Assembly (NCBI GenBank): GCA_964450805.1
Contig: CAYVDD010000001.1
Location: forward strand, 6,595 to 70,594
Direction of reading: 5' to 3'
Source: an uncultured Candidatus Saccharibacteria bacterium
Lineage (GTDB): Bacteria; Patescibacteriota; Minisyncoccia; Minisyncoccales; JANBVM01
DNA length: 64,000 bases
Positions 21,577-31,500 of this stretch are shown here, one piece after another (the first letter of the stretch is position 1; each line of letters begins with the position of its first letter). Under the pieces are notes generated by a model. It saw nothing but the letters and a program-made list of their open reading frames with translations, was not told the origin of the DNA and searched no databases. Position numbers and translations under genes: made by a program.

Positions 21577-23172
21577 CAACGTTGGACTTTGAGCGTATAA
21601 TTTCCTCAAAGTCCGTTCATTTTCGCCATTTTTAGAGGTTCGAACCTTATTGTGAATGGCATTAACCTCTGGAGTCATCCCCTTTATCCGAAGAAGGGGT
21701 TTTTCTATTAAAATTGAGAGTAATCCGTCTTTTAAGAGGAGGTTCGAACCCAAATCGGCAAGTATCTGTTTTTGTTTCTCTGGCTTGCCAGTTTCAAACT
21801 CTTTTCTGGCGTCTCGAGCAAGAGCAAAGGTCTTTTCCGCTTTTTCAATCTGTTTATTCACCCTGTCATCAGTATCATTTAGCAGTTCTTGAAGGCGAGC
21901 TTTCTCTTTAGCAAGAAAAGTCATTTTTCTTTTATAGTTTTCTTCGTTTAACTCTTTTTTGGCTCTCATGCTGATTACTCCGTCTATCTCCTCTAAACAA
22001 TCGTTATATGCTTTTTGTTGATTAGTTAAGATTTTGTTTCTGTCTTTGCCTTCTTTTTCAATTTCTGATTTAAGTTCTTCTAAAGCCCAGTCGTGAAATT
22101 CGGGTGGAATCTCTATTTTGTTGAGAATTTCCATTATTTGTTTTTCTAATTCTTTTTTTCTGATGTATTTTTGGCTACAGGGACCTTTTCTTCTTGTGCA
22201 GTGATAGTAGGTATAGTGATGAACATTGCCATTTTTCTGTGTTTTGATTCTTTCTTCAGCCGTAATCATTGCCCCGCACTCCCCACAGCGAATCAGCCCT
22301 GTAAAGGCAAATTCGTGCTTTCTGAGGCGGGCTTTTTCTTTTCTGCCAAGTAATGCTTGAATCTTTTCGTATTCTTCTTTAGTGATCATTGGTTCGTGCT
22401 TGCCTTGATACCAATTGCCACTGCCCTTTGGATATTCAAACTCTCCATAATAAAATGGATCATTAAAGATTCGGTAAATAGTCCCTCGAGCTATTTTCCC
22501 GCCTTTTCTGTTTTGCAGACCCCATTTATTTGTTGCTATTTCTAATATCTTTGGTGGTAAGTAGTTCCCTGTCAGCATTAGATCAAACATTTTCCTTGTT
22601 AAGTTAAAGCGTTCTTGGTCTTTGATAATTTCCTTTCTACCTTTCTGTTTTAGGGGATTGTGCATGTAGCCGAGAGTGGCAAAAGTAGGATACCAACCCC
22701 TTTCTGCTTTTTTCCGCAATCCTCTTTTAGTATCTTGGCTTAAATCCCTGATAAACTGATTTGCCATCCCAAACTCTACGCTTATCATTAGCACATTATC
22801 GGTAGGGTAGTAGCTTCTTCCATATGTTTGGATGTGCTTTATGGTTTCTTGCTGAAGCATCCACATAATCTCCCCGCCATCTATTGGATTTCTGGCTAAT
22901 CTATTCAGTTTCCAGCAAATAATTCCTTGTGCTTCTCCTTTATGGATTCTTGCGATCATCTCAGTAAAAATAGGTCTGCCTGGCGCTTTGGCAGATTGAG
23001 ATTCAGAAAGAACATCTAAAATCTTTAAGCCCTCTTTTTTAGCCATCTTGGTTAGTTCATCAATCTGGGACTCAATAGAAGCCACCTGACGATCTTCAGA
23101 TTCAGATGATTTTCTCGCATAAAGGAAGTATTTAATTTTTTCTTTTTGATTCGTGTTCATTTTAATTTTCAT
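21565..23172 (-). CDS. Large serine recombinase (phage-integrase type)
   Basis: N-terminal resolvase domain YARKSSESEDRQVASIESQ...WKLNRLARN, a recombinase domain, a zinc ribbon CGECGAM...YYHCTRRKGPCS, and a coiled-coil tail. Confidence 0.85.
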   Translation of the reverse strand: MKIKMNTNQKEKIKYFLYARKSSESEDRQVASIESQIDELTKMAKKEGLKILDVLSESQSAKAPGRPIFTEMIARIHKGEAQGIICWKLNRLARNPIDGGEIMWMLQQETIKHIQTYGRSYYPTDNVLMISVEFGMANQFIRDLSQDTKRGLRKKAERGWYPTFATLGYMHNPLKQKGRKEIIKDQERFNLTRKMFDLMLTGNYLPPKILEIATNKWGLQNRKGGKIARGTIYRIFNDPFYYGEFEYPKGSGNWYQGKHEPMITKEEYEKIQALLGRKEKARLRKHEFAFTGLIRCGECGAMITAEERIKTQKNGNVHHYTYYHCTRRKGPCSQKYIRKKELEKQIMEILNKIEIPPEFHDWALEELKSEIEKEGKDRNKILTNQQKAYNDCLEEIDGVISMRAKKELNEENYKRKMTFLAKEKARLQELLNDTDDRVNKQIEKAEKTFALARDARKEFETGKPEKQKQILADLGSNLLLKDGLLSILIEKPLLRIKGMTPEVNAIHNKVRTSKNGENERTLRKLYAQSPTLLRR

Positions 23173-23226
23173 CTGTTCTCAACATGAAGTATGTTCAAAC
23201 AAGACAACAAGTCAAGTGAGCAAGCT

Positions 23227-23646
23227 TTACTTTTTAACCCCCTTTCTTAACTCTTTTTTAAGCTCTTTCTCGTATAACCTAATAGTTTTTTCTAAAATTG
23301 GATCGGGCTTTTTGGGCACCTCTTGTTTAATGGGGATCGTTCCCTCTATTCTTGTTCGAGTGTAGGGTCGCCATTTTTTGCTTTTACACATTAAAAAATA
23401 CTTAATTGCCCAACCTTCACCATTGAATATTGCCTCTCGGAGCTTGTCTTCAGCAAAGGCAACGCCAATTTGCTCTATAATGTTATCAGCTTCTTTGGCG
23501 AATTCTTTATCTTTTATTCGGTGGTCATAGTAAGTGGAACGACCAATGCCCACTTTTTCGCAGGCAGCTCCTACTAAGCCAATCATCTTTTCTAATTCTT
23601 TTAAGAATTTATTCCATTTTTCTTTTGATGTTTTTTGCCCTCGCAT
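23227..23646 (-). CDS. Phage-like HTH protein (terminase-small-subunit-like N-terminal HTH)
   Basis: ACEKVGIGRSTYYDHRIKDKEF...AEDKLREAIFNG pattern. No search was possible. Confidence 0.35.
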   Translation of the reverse strand: MRGQKTSKEKWNKFLKELEKMIGLVGAACEKVGIGRSTYYDHRIKDKEFAKEADNIIEQIGVAFAEDKLREAIFNGEGWAIKYFLMCKSKKWRPYTRTRIEGTIPIKQEVPKKPDPILEKTIRLYEKELKKELRKGVKK

Positions 23647-23787
23647 ATATATATTGTCCGAACTGTCCGAATTTTTTATTGGCGGACATCTCGGAGATTT
23701 CTGTTTTTAGGTATCAAATGTCCACTTCTTGCCCCAAAGCCCACACAAGCCAGAACAGGGCGGTTTAAGCGTGAATTACAGGCAGGA

Positions 23788-24384
23788 TCACCGCCATTCT
23801 ATTTCTGTTTCTTTTTCTGCAAATTCAAGCCATTTCCCGTCTTCAATGACCCACCATTTATTCTGAGACCACCTCATTTCGTTTCCCCAGAAGAAGGGCT
23901 TATAGTTCCTTTCTCCTCTCTTATAAGCATCGGCTGATTCTTTAAAAGAGAGACCTCCTTTCTTTTGTGTTACCTTTCTATTGTGTTTCCTTACTATGGA
24001 TGTGTTGTTTTTGTCACCTGTAATATGTTGTTTTTGGCAGGTATGATGTGCCATTTTTGACACATCACCCCATTCTGTCTTGTCTAATAAATAGTATCTG
24101 TTAGTTAATTGTTTTCCCATTCGTTTTCTTCTTATGATGTTGTATTGCTCTAACATATTTAAGGCTCGATATACTCTTCTGGTAGAGATGTTATGTTCTT
24201 CTGCTAGCTTTTTGATAGAAGGATAGCATTTTTGTTTTTTGTCTGCGTGTCGACAAAGAGAAGCATAAACCGCTGTGGCGACAATCCCACATTTTTTGGC
24301 ATAGCCATTCAGGTATTCATCATCAATGAAGAATTTCTCTTTCCGTCTTAAATCTCTAACTATGATTTTTTCTTCTGTTGGCAT
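23788..24384 (-). CDS. Winged-helix (HTH_36-like) replication/regulatory protein
   Basis: VYASLCRHADKKQKCYPSIKKLAEEHNISTRRVYRALNMLEQYNIIRR. Confidence 0.4.
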   Translation of the reverse strand: MPTEEKIIVRDLRRKEKFFIDDEYLNGYAKKCGIVATAVYASLCRHADKKQKCYPSIKKLAEEHNISTRRVYRALNMLEQYNIIRRKRMGKQLTNRYYLLDKTEWGDVSKMAHHTCQKQHITGDKNNTSIVRKHNRKVTQKKGGLSFKESADAYKRGERNYKPFFWGNEMRWSQNKWWVIEDGKWLEFAEKETEIEWR

Positions 24385-24551
24385 AATTCTTTTTTATTGT
24401 CAGGAGTATAAATTGCCCGATAAAGATTCAATAGGGAAATAGCACGTTTTAGTGCCTCTTTATCAGTTAGTTTCTCTTTAAATCTTTGCTCGTATAGTTT
24501 CTTAAATTTTTGGACAGCTTCTTCAGAAAGCATAAATAAAAAATCACGCAC
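24360..24551 (-). CDS. Hypothetical small protein
   Basis: The ORF overlaps both neighbours (operon coupling). No recognisable motif. Confidence 0.35.
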   Translation of the reverse strand: MRDFLFMLSEEAVQKFKKLYEQRFKEKLTDKEALKRAISLLNLYRAIYTPDNKKELCQQKKKS

Positions 24552-24783
24552 CCGAGTAGATGCGGTTTTTAAGATTTTTCTGATTATTGAATAGGGTTTG
24601 GGCTGAGAGTTTAATCTTGTCGTTAAAATAATCGCTCATTACTCCCTCAATGTTTTTCTCACGCTTAAATATAAATCTCACCTTTTTAGGATTAGATCTA
24701 TCTAATTCCAGTAACTCGTAACCCATCGTTACCAACACGGTTGCCAGCCCCAAATCAAATGTTGAAAATTCATTTTGAGTCAT
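24544..24783 (-). CDS. DUF5659-like small protein
   Basis: FDLGLATVLVTMGYELLELDRSNPKKVRFIFK resembles DUF5659-type proteins, recalled from memory rather than searched. Confidence 0.35.
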   Translation of the reverse strand: MTQNEFSTFDLGLATVLVTMGYELLELDRSNPKKVRFIFKREKNIEGVMSDYFNDKIKLSAQTLFNNQKNLKNRIYSGA

Positions 24784-24877
24784 ATAATTTTGGCGAATAA
24801 AAAAACTACGCTTTCAGCGTAGCAGTTACTTGGTTGAATCAATTGAGATTTTGTTGACTCAATTGGTTTAGGTTGTC

Positions 24878-25516
24878 TTATTGTGTTCTTTTAATTGTTT
24901 TTTCTTGCCAGATGAATAACTTTTCAATTCCTAAGGCGTCTTCCACCCTTTTATTTATTGCCACCATAGTATCATACACTTTATGCCAATTCTCTCTTGT
25001 ATCTTTTGATTTGCCAAAGTGGTCTTCATAATAGCCCGTCATTTTTTCATAAATAATTGACCAATCAATTGGTTCATTGATTTGATGTTCGAAAGCGGCT
25101 CGACAGAAAAAGTGTTCGTTTTTATAAGGTGGTAGAGCACATTTCTTATCTCCAAGTTTTAGCACTGATTCATTGTCTAAAAATTCAACCTTACCAGTTG
25201 GTGCTTTTTGTTCTTCGATATGTTCTTTATAGAATTCTTCAAATCGCTTGCGATTGATTCTGATTTTTATTTCTTCGCCTGGAAGCCATTCTTGCATATA
25301 AAGGCTTACAGCATCTTCTAAATGAAAAAGTTTTTCATCTTCTGCTAATTTTCTTAATCCGTTTCTTATATCCGTTTTAGATATTTTGCCGTTATCTGAA
25401 AAGTCCCAGATAGCAATAGAAATTAACTCATCCTTTTCAGAAACAATTTCCAGCTTTTCATGAATAACTTTGATAATATTCAAGACTATTTTTGGTTGGT
25501 TCATAGTAATTTTCAT
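24878..25516 (-). CDS. Hypothetical protein
   Basis: A 212-aa ORF followed on its strand by the hairpin ctacgctgaaagcgtag plus a T-run (24805-24830). Confidence 0.45.
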   Translation of the reverse strand: MKITMNQPKIVLNIIKVIHEKLEIVSEKDELISIAIWDFSDNGKISKTDIRNGLRKLAEDEKLFHLEDAVSLYMQEWLPGEEIKIRINRKRFEEFYKEHIEEQKAPTGKVEFLDNESVLKLGDKKCALPPYKNEHFFCRAAFEHQINEPIDWSIIYEKMTGYYEDHFGKSKDTRENWHKVYDTMVAINKRVEDALGIEKLFIWQEKTIKRTQ

Positions 25517-25546
25517 CTAATTCTATTCTGACAGATTTTGTCACTT

Positions 25547-25575
25547 TTGACAATAAGATTTTGAAGGTTTATAAT
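25547..25575 (+). promoter_or_regulatory. Consensus promoter of the plus-strand island operon
   Basis: TTGACA (25547-25552), a 17 nt spacer, then TATAAT (25570-25575), in the divergent intergenic region. Confidence 0.65.
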
Positions 25576-25587
25576 GGAATCAGAATT

Positions 25588-25767
25588 ATGAAGGATAAAC
25601 TCTTAACTATAAAAGAAGTCGCTAAATATCTAAGAGTAAGCGAACGCTCCGTGCTTCGCTACATTGAGGCTGGACGTTTAAAAGCTACTAAAGTTGGCTA
25701 TTGGCGAGTATCTGAAAAATCTTTGGAGGATTTCCTAAAAGAAAATTCTAATAAGAAGAAAAAATAA
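25588..25767 (+). CDS. Excisionase-family (MerR-like HTH_17) DNA-binding protein
   Basis: LLTIKEVAKYLRVSERSVLRYIEAGRLKATKVG. The start is set at ATG 25588 because the tracked TTG at 25561 lies inside the promoter. Confidence 0.6.
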   Translation: MKDKLLTIKEVAKYLRVSERSVLRYIEAGRLKATKVGYWRVSEKSLEDFLKENSNKKKK

Positions 25768-25776
25768 GTTCAAAAA

Positions 25777-26583
25777 ATGGCAAAGATTAATGATCTAAAT
25801 TTAAATAATTGGAAAGAATACAAAGATATCATTACTGATAGTCTTTGGATTATTGGTGCTAGAGATAACTCAGGCGCTCATACGGGTGAGTATCACGGCA
25901 ATTTCATTCCACAAATCCCACACCAACTTATGAGGCGGTTTACTAAAAAAGGAGATGTGGTTTTAGATGCTTTTTTAGGCAGTGGCACTACGTTGATTGA
26001 ATGCAGAAGATTAGGAAGATATGGCATAGGGATTGAATTGATTCCAAAGATTGCAAAAGCGGCTAAGAATAATGTAGCCAAACAAAAATCTCTTAATGGG
26101 GAAATTAAAGCAGGCATCATTGTTGGTGATAGCACCAAAAAGAAAACGAGAGATTTAACAGTACAAATGTTAGAGAATTATGGGAAGAAGAATGTTCAGC
26201 TTATCATAATGCATCCACCTTATCACGACATTATTAAATTTAGTAACAACCCCGAAGATTTGTGTAACGCTAAAACGGTAGAGGATTTTCTTAAAAAGTT
26301 TGGAGATGTTATAACCAACTTTTCAGATTTATTAGAGAAGAAACATTACTTAGCTATTGTAATTGGAGATAAATATACAAATTCTGAATGGGTTCCTTTG
26401 GGATTTTATATTATGCAAGAGACAATGAAAGATCCTAGTCTAAAACTAAAGAGTATTTTAGTTAAAAATATGGTTGGCAATAGAGCCAAACGAAACCAAG
26501 AGCATTTATGGAGATATAGAGCGTTAGTCGGTGGCTTTTATATCTTTAGGCACGAATATATATTATTATTTCAGAAAAAATAA
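25777..26583 (+). CDS. DNA methyltransferase (N6-adenine or N4-cytosine class)
   Basis: AdoMet motif I VVLDAFLGSGTTLIEC..LGRYGIGIEL lies upstream of the catalytic motif IV IIMHPPY. Confidence 0.75.
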   Translation: MAKINDLNLNNWKEYKDIITDSLWIIGARDNSGAHTGEYHGNFIPQIPHQLMRRFTKKGDVVLDAFLGSGTTLIECRRLGRYGIGIELIPKIAKAAKNNVAKQKSLNGEIKAGIIVGDSTKKKTRDLTVQMLENYGKKNVQLIIMHPPYHDIIKFSNNPEDLCNAKTVEDFLKKFGDVITNFSDLLEKKHYLAIVIGDKYTNSEWVPLGFYIMQETMKDPSLKLKSILVKNMVGNRAKRNQEHLWRYRALVGGFYIFRHEYILLFQKK

Positions 26584-26586
26584 ACT

Positions 26587-27420
26587 ATGCCTCTTTTTAG
26601 TAAAAAACAAGTATTAAATTTAAAATTGAATTCAATTCCACTCCCTTTATTGAGAGAATTAGCCTTAAAATTACGAATAGATACCAAGGGGCGGAGTTCC
26701 GACGTTATTAAAAGAATTCTTTCTTCCGATGCGGAAGAAAGAGTAATGGATCATTTTATCAAAGAAAAGTATTCAGAACAGATTGAAGAAAGGAGGTCTT
26801 TAATTTCTGACGAAGAACTGAAGAAGGAATTAATGAAAGTGGAAAGTTTTTCTTGGGGCGTGGTTCAAGGACAATTAGATCGGAAAATTCAGACTGAATA
26901 TGTAAGAAAGTTTGTTAGATATAAAGAATTAATAAGCGCTGTTGGAGACAGGCTTCATCAAGATGTTACTAATTATGTTATTTGTACATGGTTTAATCAT
27001 TGGACGACTGTGTTGATAGAAGAACACATAAGTCTGCATCCCAACGTGATACCAACGCTTAAAAATATAAAAGGGGTTGATGTATTTTTTGATGGTCAAC
27101 CATTTGATTTAAAAACCAGTCCTTTACCCCGAGATTACGACCCTCAAAAAGCTATTAATAACCCAAAGGATTTATCTGTCTGGATGTATGAAAATCAGGG
27201 AGCACAAAGATTTGGGGCAGACAATAGATTATTTGTAGTGTTATTTGACCAGAATGAACCAGAAAGGAGTTGGGAGCTTAAAAGAGATTTTGGTTTAGTT
27301 TTCCAAAAAATTGATAATTTTTTTGATAAAGAGACGATAACTAATAAAGATGAAATAGCGTTCACCTTTAATAGAAAATCTTATACTACCGTATCTAAAG
27401 TTCTGATTATTACTAAATAA
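26587..27420 (+). CDS. Putative type II restriction endonuclease with SAP-like N-terminus
   Basis: It starts 3 nt after the methyltransferase stop. The N-terminal LLRELALKLRIDTKGRSSDVIKRIL is SAP-like. A possible PD-(D/E)xK element is GVDVFFDGQPFDLK. Confidence 0.3.
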   Translation: MPLFSKKQVLNLKLNSIPLPLLRELALKLRIDTKGRSSDVIKRILSSDAEERVMDHFIKEKYSEQIEERRSLISDEELKKELMKVESFSWGVVQGQLDRKIQTEYVRKFVRYKELISAVGDRLHQDVTNYVICTWFNHWTTVLIEEHISLHPNVIPTLKNIKGVDVFFDGQPFDLKTSPLPRDYDPQKAINNPKDLSVWMYENQGAQRFGADNRLFVVLFDQNEPERSWELKRDFGLVFQKIDNFFDKETITNKDEIAFTFNRKSYTTVSKVLIITK

Positions 27421-27456
27421 TCCTTAGGATATTGTATATTAGCCAAAGAGCTCACT

Positions 27457-28554
27457 ATGGAGCAATTTTTGTTTGAAAGGATCGGCGCTAATTTATTTTG
27501 TGAAAGTAAAATGAAAATCAGTGTAAGGTTAAAAATTGAGAAAGTCGATGGAGGAAAAGAGAGGTTGGTTGAATTTGTGGTGGATAGAAAGAAAACCGTA
27601 ATTAATTTGGAAGAATTTAATAAAAAATATAGTAAATTTTCAGGAGCAACAATTTTTACTGAAGAGAGAATTCCAGAAGACGCTAATATAGCTGAAGAAA
27701 TAGAGGCTACAACTCAGCCTTCATCAATTGCCACCCCCACGATACCTTTTAAAGGATTCATAAAGGATTTATTCAATGAGGCAGTTAATAATAGTGTTAC
27801 AAACGAAGTGGTGATCGAGGCCGAGGAAGATAAGTTTTTACATCTTCCTTGGGAAGAGATATGTGAAGATGGCCAGAGTCCGTCTATACTGAAAAGAGTA
27901 AAGAATAAGAAACATAAAAACGAGAGAAGAAATATAGACATTCCCAAAAGAATTTTAGTTCTGAGCTCGGCGGCTAGAGATCTTATGGGTCAAACCCAAT
28001 CAGAGAACTTATCAGAGGACACTAAATTAGAGATAGACGAGATTATTAAGTTAAAAAACCAATTATATGATAGTAATATCAACAGGAGAATAGAATATAT
28101 TTTTATGGTCAGGAATTTTAGTATTGGGAGTAAGATTAAAGATATTCCTCAGTGCGATATTTTACACCTAATTTGTCATGGAGAGCTTAATGGAACGGTT
28201 TGTATTAGCGATGTAAACAGACCCAATGAGATTCATAGAGTTGATAGCGCTAAATTTATTAAATTATTGGCTGGACGGAAATTTTATATAGGTTATCTTT
28301 CTCTTTGTCACTCGGGGAGCGGTTCAAAAACCAAAAATAGCTTAGCGTATGAACTAGTTAATAATGGTGTATGTAAATACTGTATAGCTTTCCAGAGAAG
28401 TATTAGCTCCACGAAATCAATTGAAATTGCCGAGAGATTTTACGCCTGTTTATTTCAACATGATTTTAATGTCATTGAGGCATATAAAGATCTATGTCGT
28501 GGCAGAAATGATTTTAGCGTGATAAAAGAATTAAGGCCATTATTATATCTTTAA
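27457..28554 (+). CDS. CHAT-domain (caspase-like) cysteine protease
   Basis: CHAT landmarks appear in order: FLHLPWEEI, RILVLSS, catalytic His in DILHLICHG (His241, nt 28177-28179), and catalytic Cys in YLSLCHSGSG (Cys284, nt 28306-28308). Confidence 0.6.
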   Translation: MEQFLFERIGANLFCESKMKISVRLKIEKVDGGKERLVEFVVDRKKTVINLEEFNKKYSKFSGATIFTEERIPEDANIAEEIEATTQPSSIATPTIPFKGFIKDLFNEAVNNSVTNEVVIEAEEDKFLHLPWEEICEDGQSPSILKRVKNKKHKNERRNIDIPKRILVLSSAARDLMGQTQSENLSEDTKLEIDEIIKLKNQLYDSNINRRIEYIFMVRNFSIGSKIKDIPQCDILHLICHGELNGTVCISDVNRPNEIHRVDSAKFIKLLAGRKFYIGYLSLCHSGSGSKTKNSLAYELVNNGVCKYCIAFQRSISSTKSIEIAERFYACLFQHDFNVIEAYKDLCRGRNDFSVIKELRPLLYL

Positions 28555-28558
28555 AACC

Positions 28559-31500
28559 ATGAACAGAGGAAAATACAACATAAGGGGAATTAATTATCAA
28601 CAATGGGCTGCGATAGCTTTATTTTTGCAGTATTTAAGATTCAATGACTTCGAAAGCATCCACTTAGAAGCACCGAAATCTCAAGATTTTGATCTACTGT
28701 TTAAGGATAGAAAAATTATTTGTGAAGCAAAAGATTGGCAAGGACAGTTTTCGACCTCCCATTTATTGAAAATCCTTAAAAATATTCGGAACAGAGTTAC
28801 TTTTGCAGAAAATGATGAGATATTAATTGTTGCCAGCAATGTTAGTGATAGACTGATTAACAATATTGAAAATTATAAATATCTTAGAAGTTTTAGACAG
28901 AAATTGAAGCCGAGATTTAAAAATTATAGCGACGCGGAATTAGAGTTGTTACCACGCATAAGATTTTGGCAAGTAAGCAAGAATATTTTAGAGAATATAG
29001 TTTATGCTTTATTTTCAGAAGCCATTGGATTTTGGCTACCACAAGATGATTTAAGAGAAAAATTAAAAGCTATTTTGATCGATAAATTTTATGAAGGGTC
29101 AGCAGTAGAGAAGGTTTATACAAAAGCTGAATTTTTAACTAATATTCAATCTATTTCCAAGAAAACAGTTGGAAAAACTACATTATTCAATGACGAATTT
29201 AGAAGTTTAGATCAACAATTTTCTAATCTTATTCAAGATATAAAAGGAAATAAAAAACCTCAGTGGGGCGATTATGATATGTCGTCTTTGTCTGCCCAAC
29301 CGAATAAAATGTTTTTCGTATTAGAACGAGTAAAAAAAGAAAAGTTTGATTTAAAGGAGTGGGAGAGACTGTGGAACGTAATATCCCTTAAGCCATATTA
29401 TTATAGTTTATTTCAAATTTTTGAAAACAATTTAGATAATGCGAGAAATAAAGAATATATCTTTCAGTTTATTAAAGCTAATATAGGAGAAATAAAAAGA
29501 TTTTATCATACAGATTTCTTCGATGTTGATGTGGTCAAGATCGCAAAAAAGATTTTAGAAGGCGATAAAAGCAACAAATTTATTAAGAATGCCTTTGAGG
29601 TTGTGAAGAAACTGATTAGCGAGAGACGAGATGACATCTTTTATTTAAAGACACAACGTGATAGTTCTTGGGAGCGAGGGGAGATAGCTAAGCTGCTGAA
29701 AGAAGTTTATGAGAAGGCTGACCCTGAATTAAAGGATAAAATATACAAGTTAATAGTTGATACTTTTAACCTTGTTAAAGATGAGGGTGAATTTAGTCAT
29801 TACACGCCTCGAGAAATTTTCGGAATTTTAAAAGCTTGGCTGGAGAATGACTTCGAGAAAAGATTGCCAATTTTAACGGGGGTTTTATCTGATCAATATG
29901 ATAGTTCCTATAAAAAATTCGGTAAGAGATTAGAATTTAAAGGATGGGAATATATGGGTGGCGTAACTTCTTTTTGGGGACATCGTTATAGTGTTTCAGA
30001 TAGGCATTTTATCGGCTATACTTTAGAGCCTGTCTTAAGAGAGTATTACGATAAAAACAAAAGTAAAAACAGAGCTTGGAAGTTTATAATTAAGCACTGC
30101 ATCAGCAAAACAGAAGAAGTTAGTAAGAAACGACCTGATTTTCTGAATCGGGCAGTTATACCGATTGTTTTAAAAAGATATGAGAGTGGTGGCCGAGAGA
30201 CATCGAGAGAAGCTTTTGGGATCTTGAAAGAGTTTATATTGTCTCGTAAAGGCATACCTCATAAGTCAGATTTAATCTATCAAGAACTTAGGGGGAAAGG
30301 TTCATTTCCTAAGGAAAAGAAGTGGAAATTAGTCAAAGTGAGTATCAAAAAATACGATATTCCAGTGAATGTATTTGTTGAAGAGATAGTTTCACAGTTG
30401 GCGAAAGAGGGACATCAAGATGCTAAAAAGACAATGAAAGAGTGGTTAAAGAACCCAAAATACTACGAAAGGTTTAGAAGCGAGATAAATATCTTACAAA
30501 ACATTCGTGCAGTGTTGGAAAGCGATTTTGCCTATGCTATTGGAATGTTCGAAGAATTCATTAGTAGTAAGCAGTTTATTCATAACTATGACAGCTTTGA
30601 AACTTATGAATTCGCTATTTTACTTTACGATATTTTGAAGACGGAGAAGGGTTTTGCAAGAGGATTGAAAATCCTAAAAAGATTGTCACGAGAAAAAGAA
30701 CTAAGTAAAAATCAACAGATTATATTGTGTTTCAGTTTATTTAATTACCGAGGAAACGATGAATCAGATGACTTGAGGTTGTTGGAGAAAGTATATAAAG
30801 AGTTTGTCGATTCATTACTTGGCGATTGTAACAATGATATCAAAAGAATTTGTGAAAAATTAAGTTTTAGCCAAGCTCGGGAGGCGCTAGTACAATTTGC
30901 TGGAAGGTTAGCCCACCATAAAAAAATAAAAGAAGCTTTGAGAATAGTAGAAGTCTTCATTGATGACCCAGATCCTTATTTACCGAATAAAGACCCAGAA
31001 GATCCAAAAAATGAATATAACGAGCATAAAAGAATTGAAGAGGGTAAAGAACCTGGTACGATTACTTCAACTCGCGGCTGGTGTGCTTGGGTTTTAATGA
31101 AGTGTTCCGTTCTAAGCGGTCGTGATTATATTCCGAAGATTATCGCTCTCACAGCCAAACTTACAAAAGATAAAAATTGGTATGTTAAGCATATGGCTTG
31201 TTTTGCCTTATCTCAATTGGCACAGAATCGTTTAACTGTTTTACCAGATAATAGAGATGTTTTATTCTTTGGTGATAACAAAAAAACAGCACTGAAAAGG
31301 GCAAAAAGGGTTGAGAAGGTAGCTTTTGATTTATTAGAAGAAATAGCTAAATCATCTAATAATGTTCAGAAAGCTTTAGCAAAAAGCATATTACATGTTT
31401 TTGATCACCTCCGTGCTTTAAATAAGAAAGATGCTTTGAAATTCGTGAAGATACTTGCAAAGTTTCCAGATGAAGCAAATGCCGAAGCAGCTCCTCTATT

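Noticed and set aside
29160-29190. P-loop NTPase motif in the 1210-aa protein (KKTVGKTT)
   Set aside because: It lacks the Gly five residues upstream required by GxxxxGK[ST], and no Walker B follows. The protein is therefore treated as a non-NTPase.
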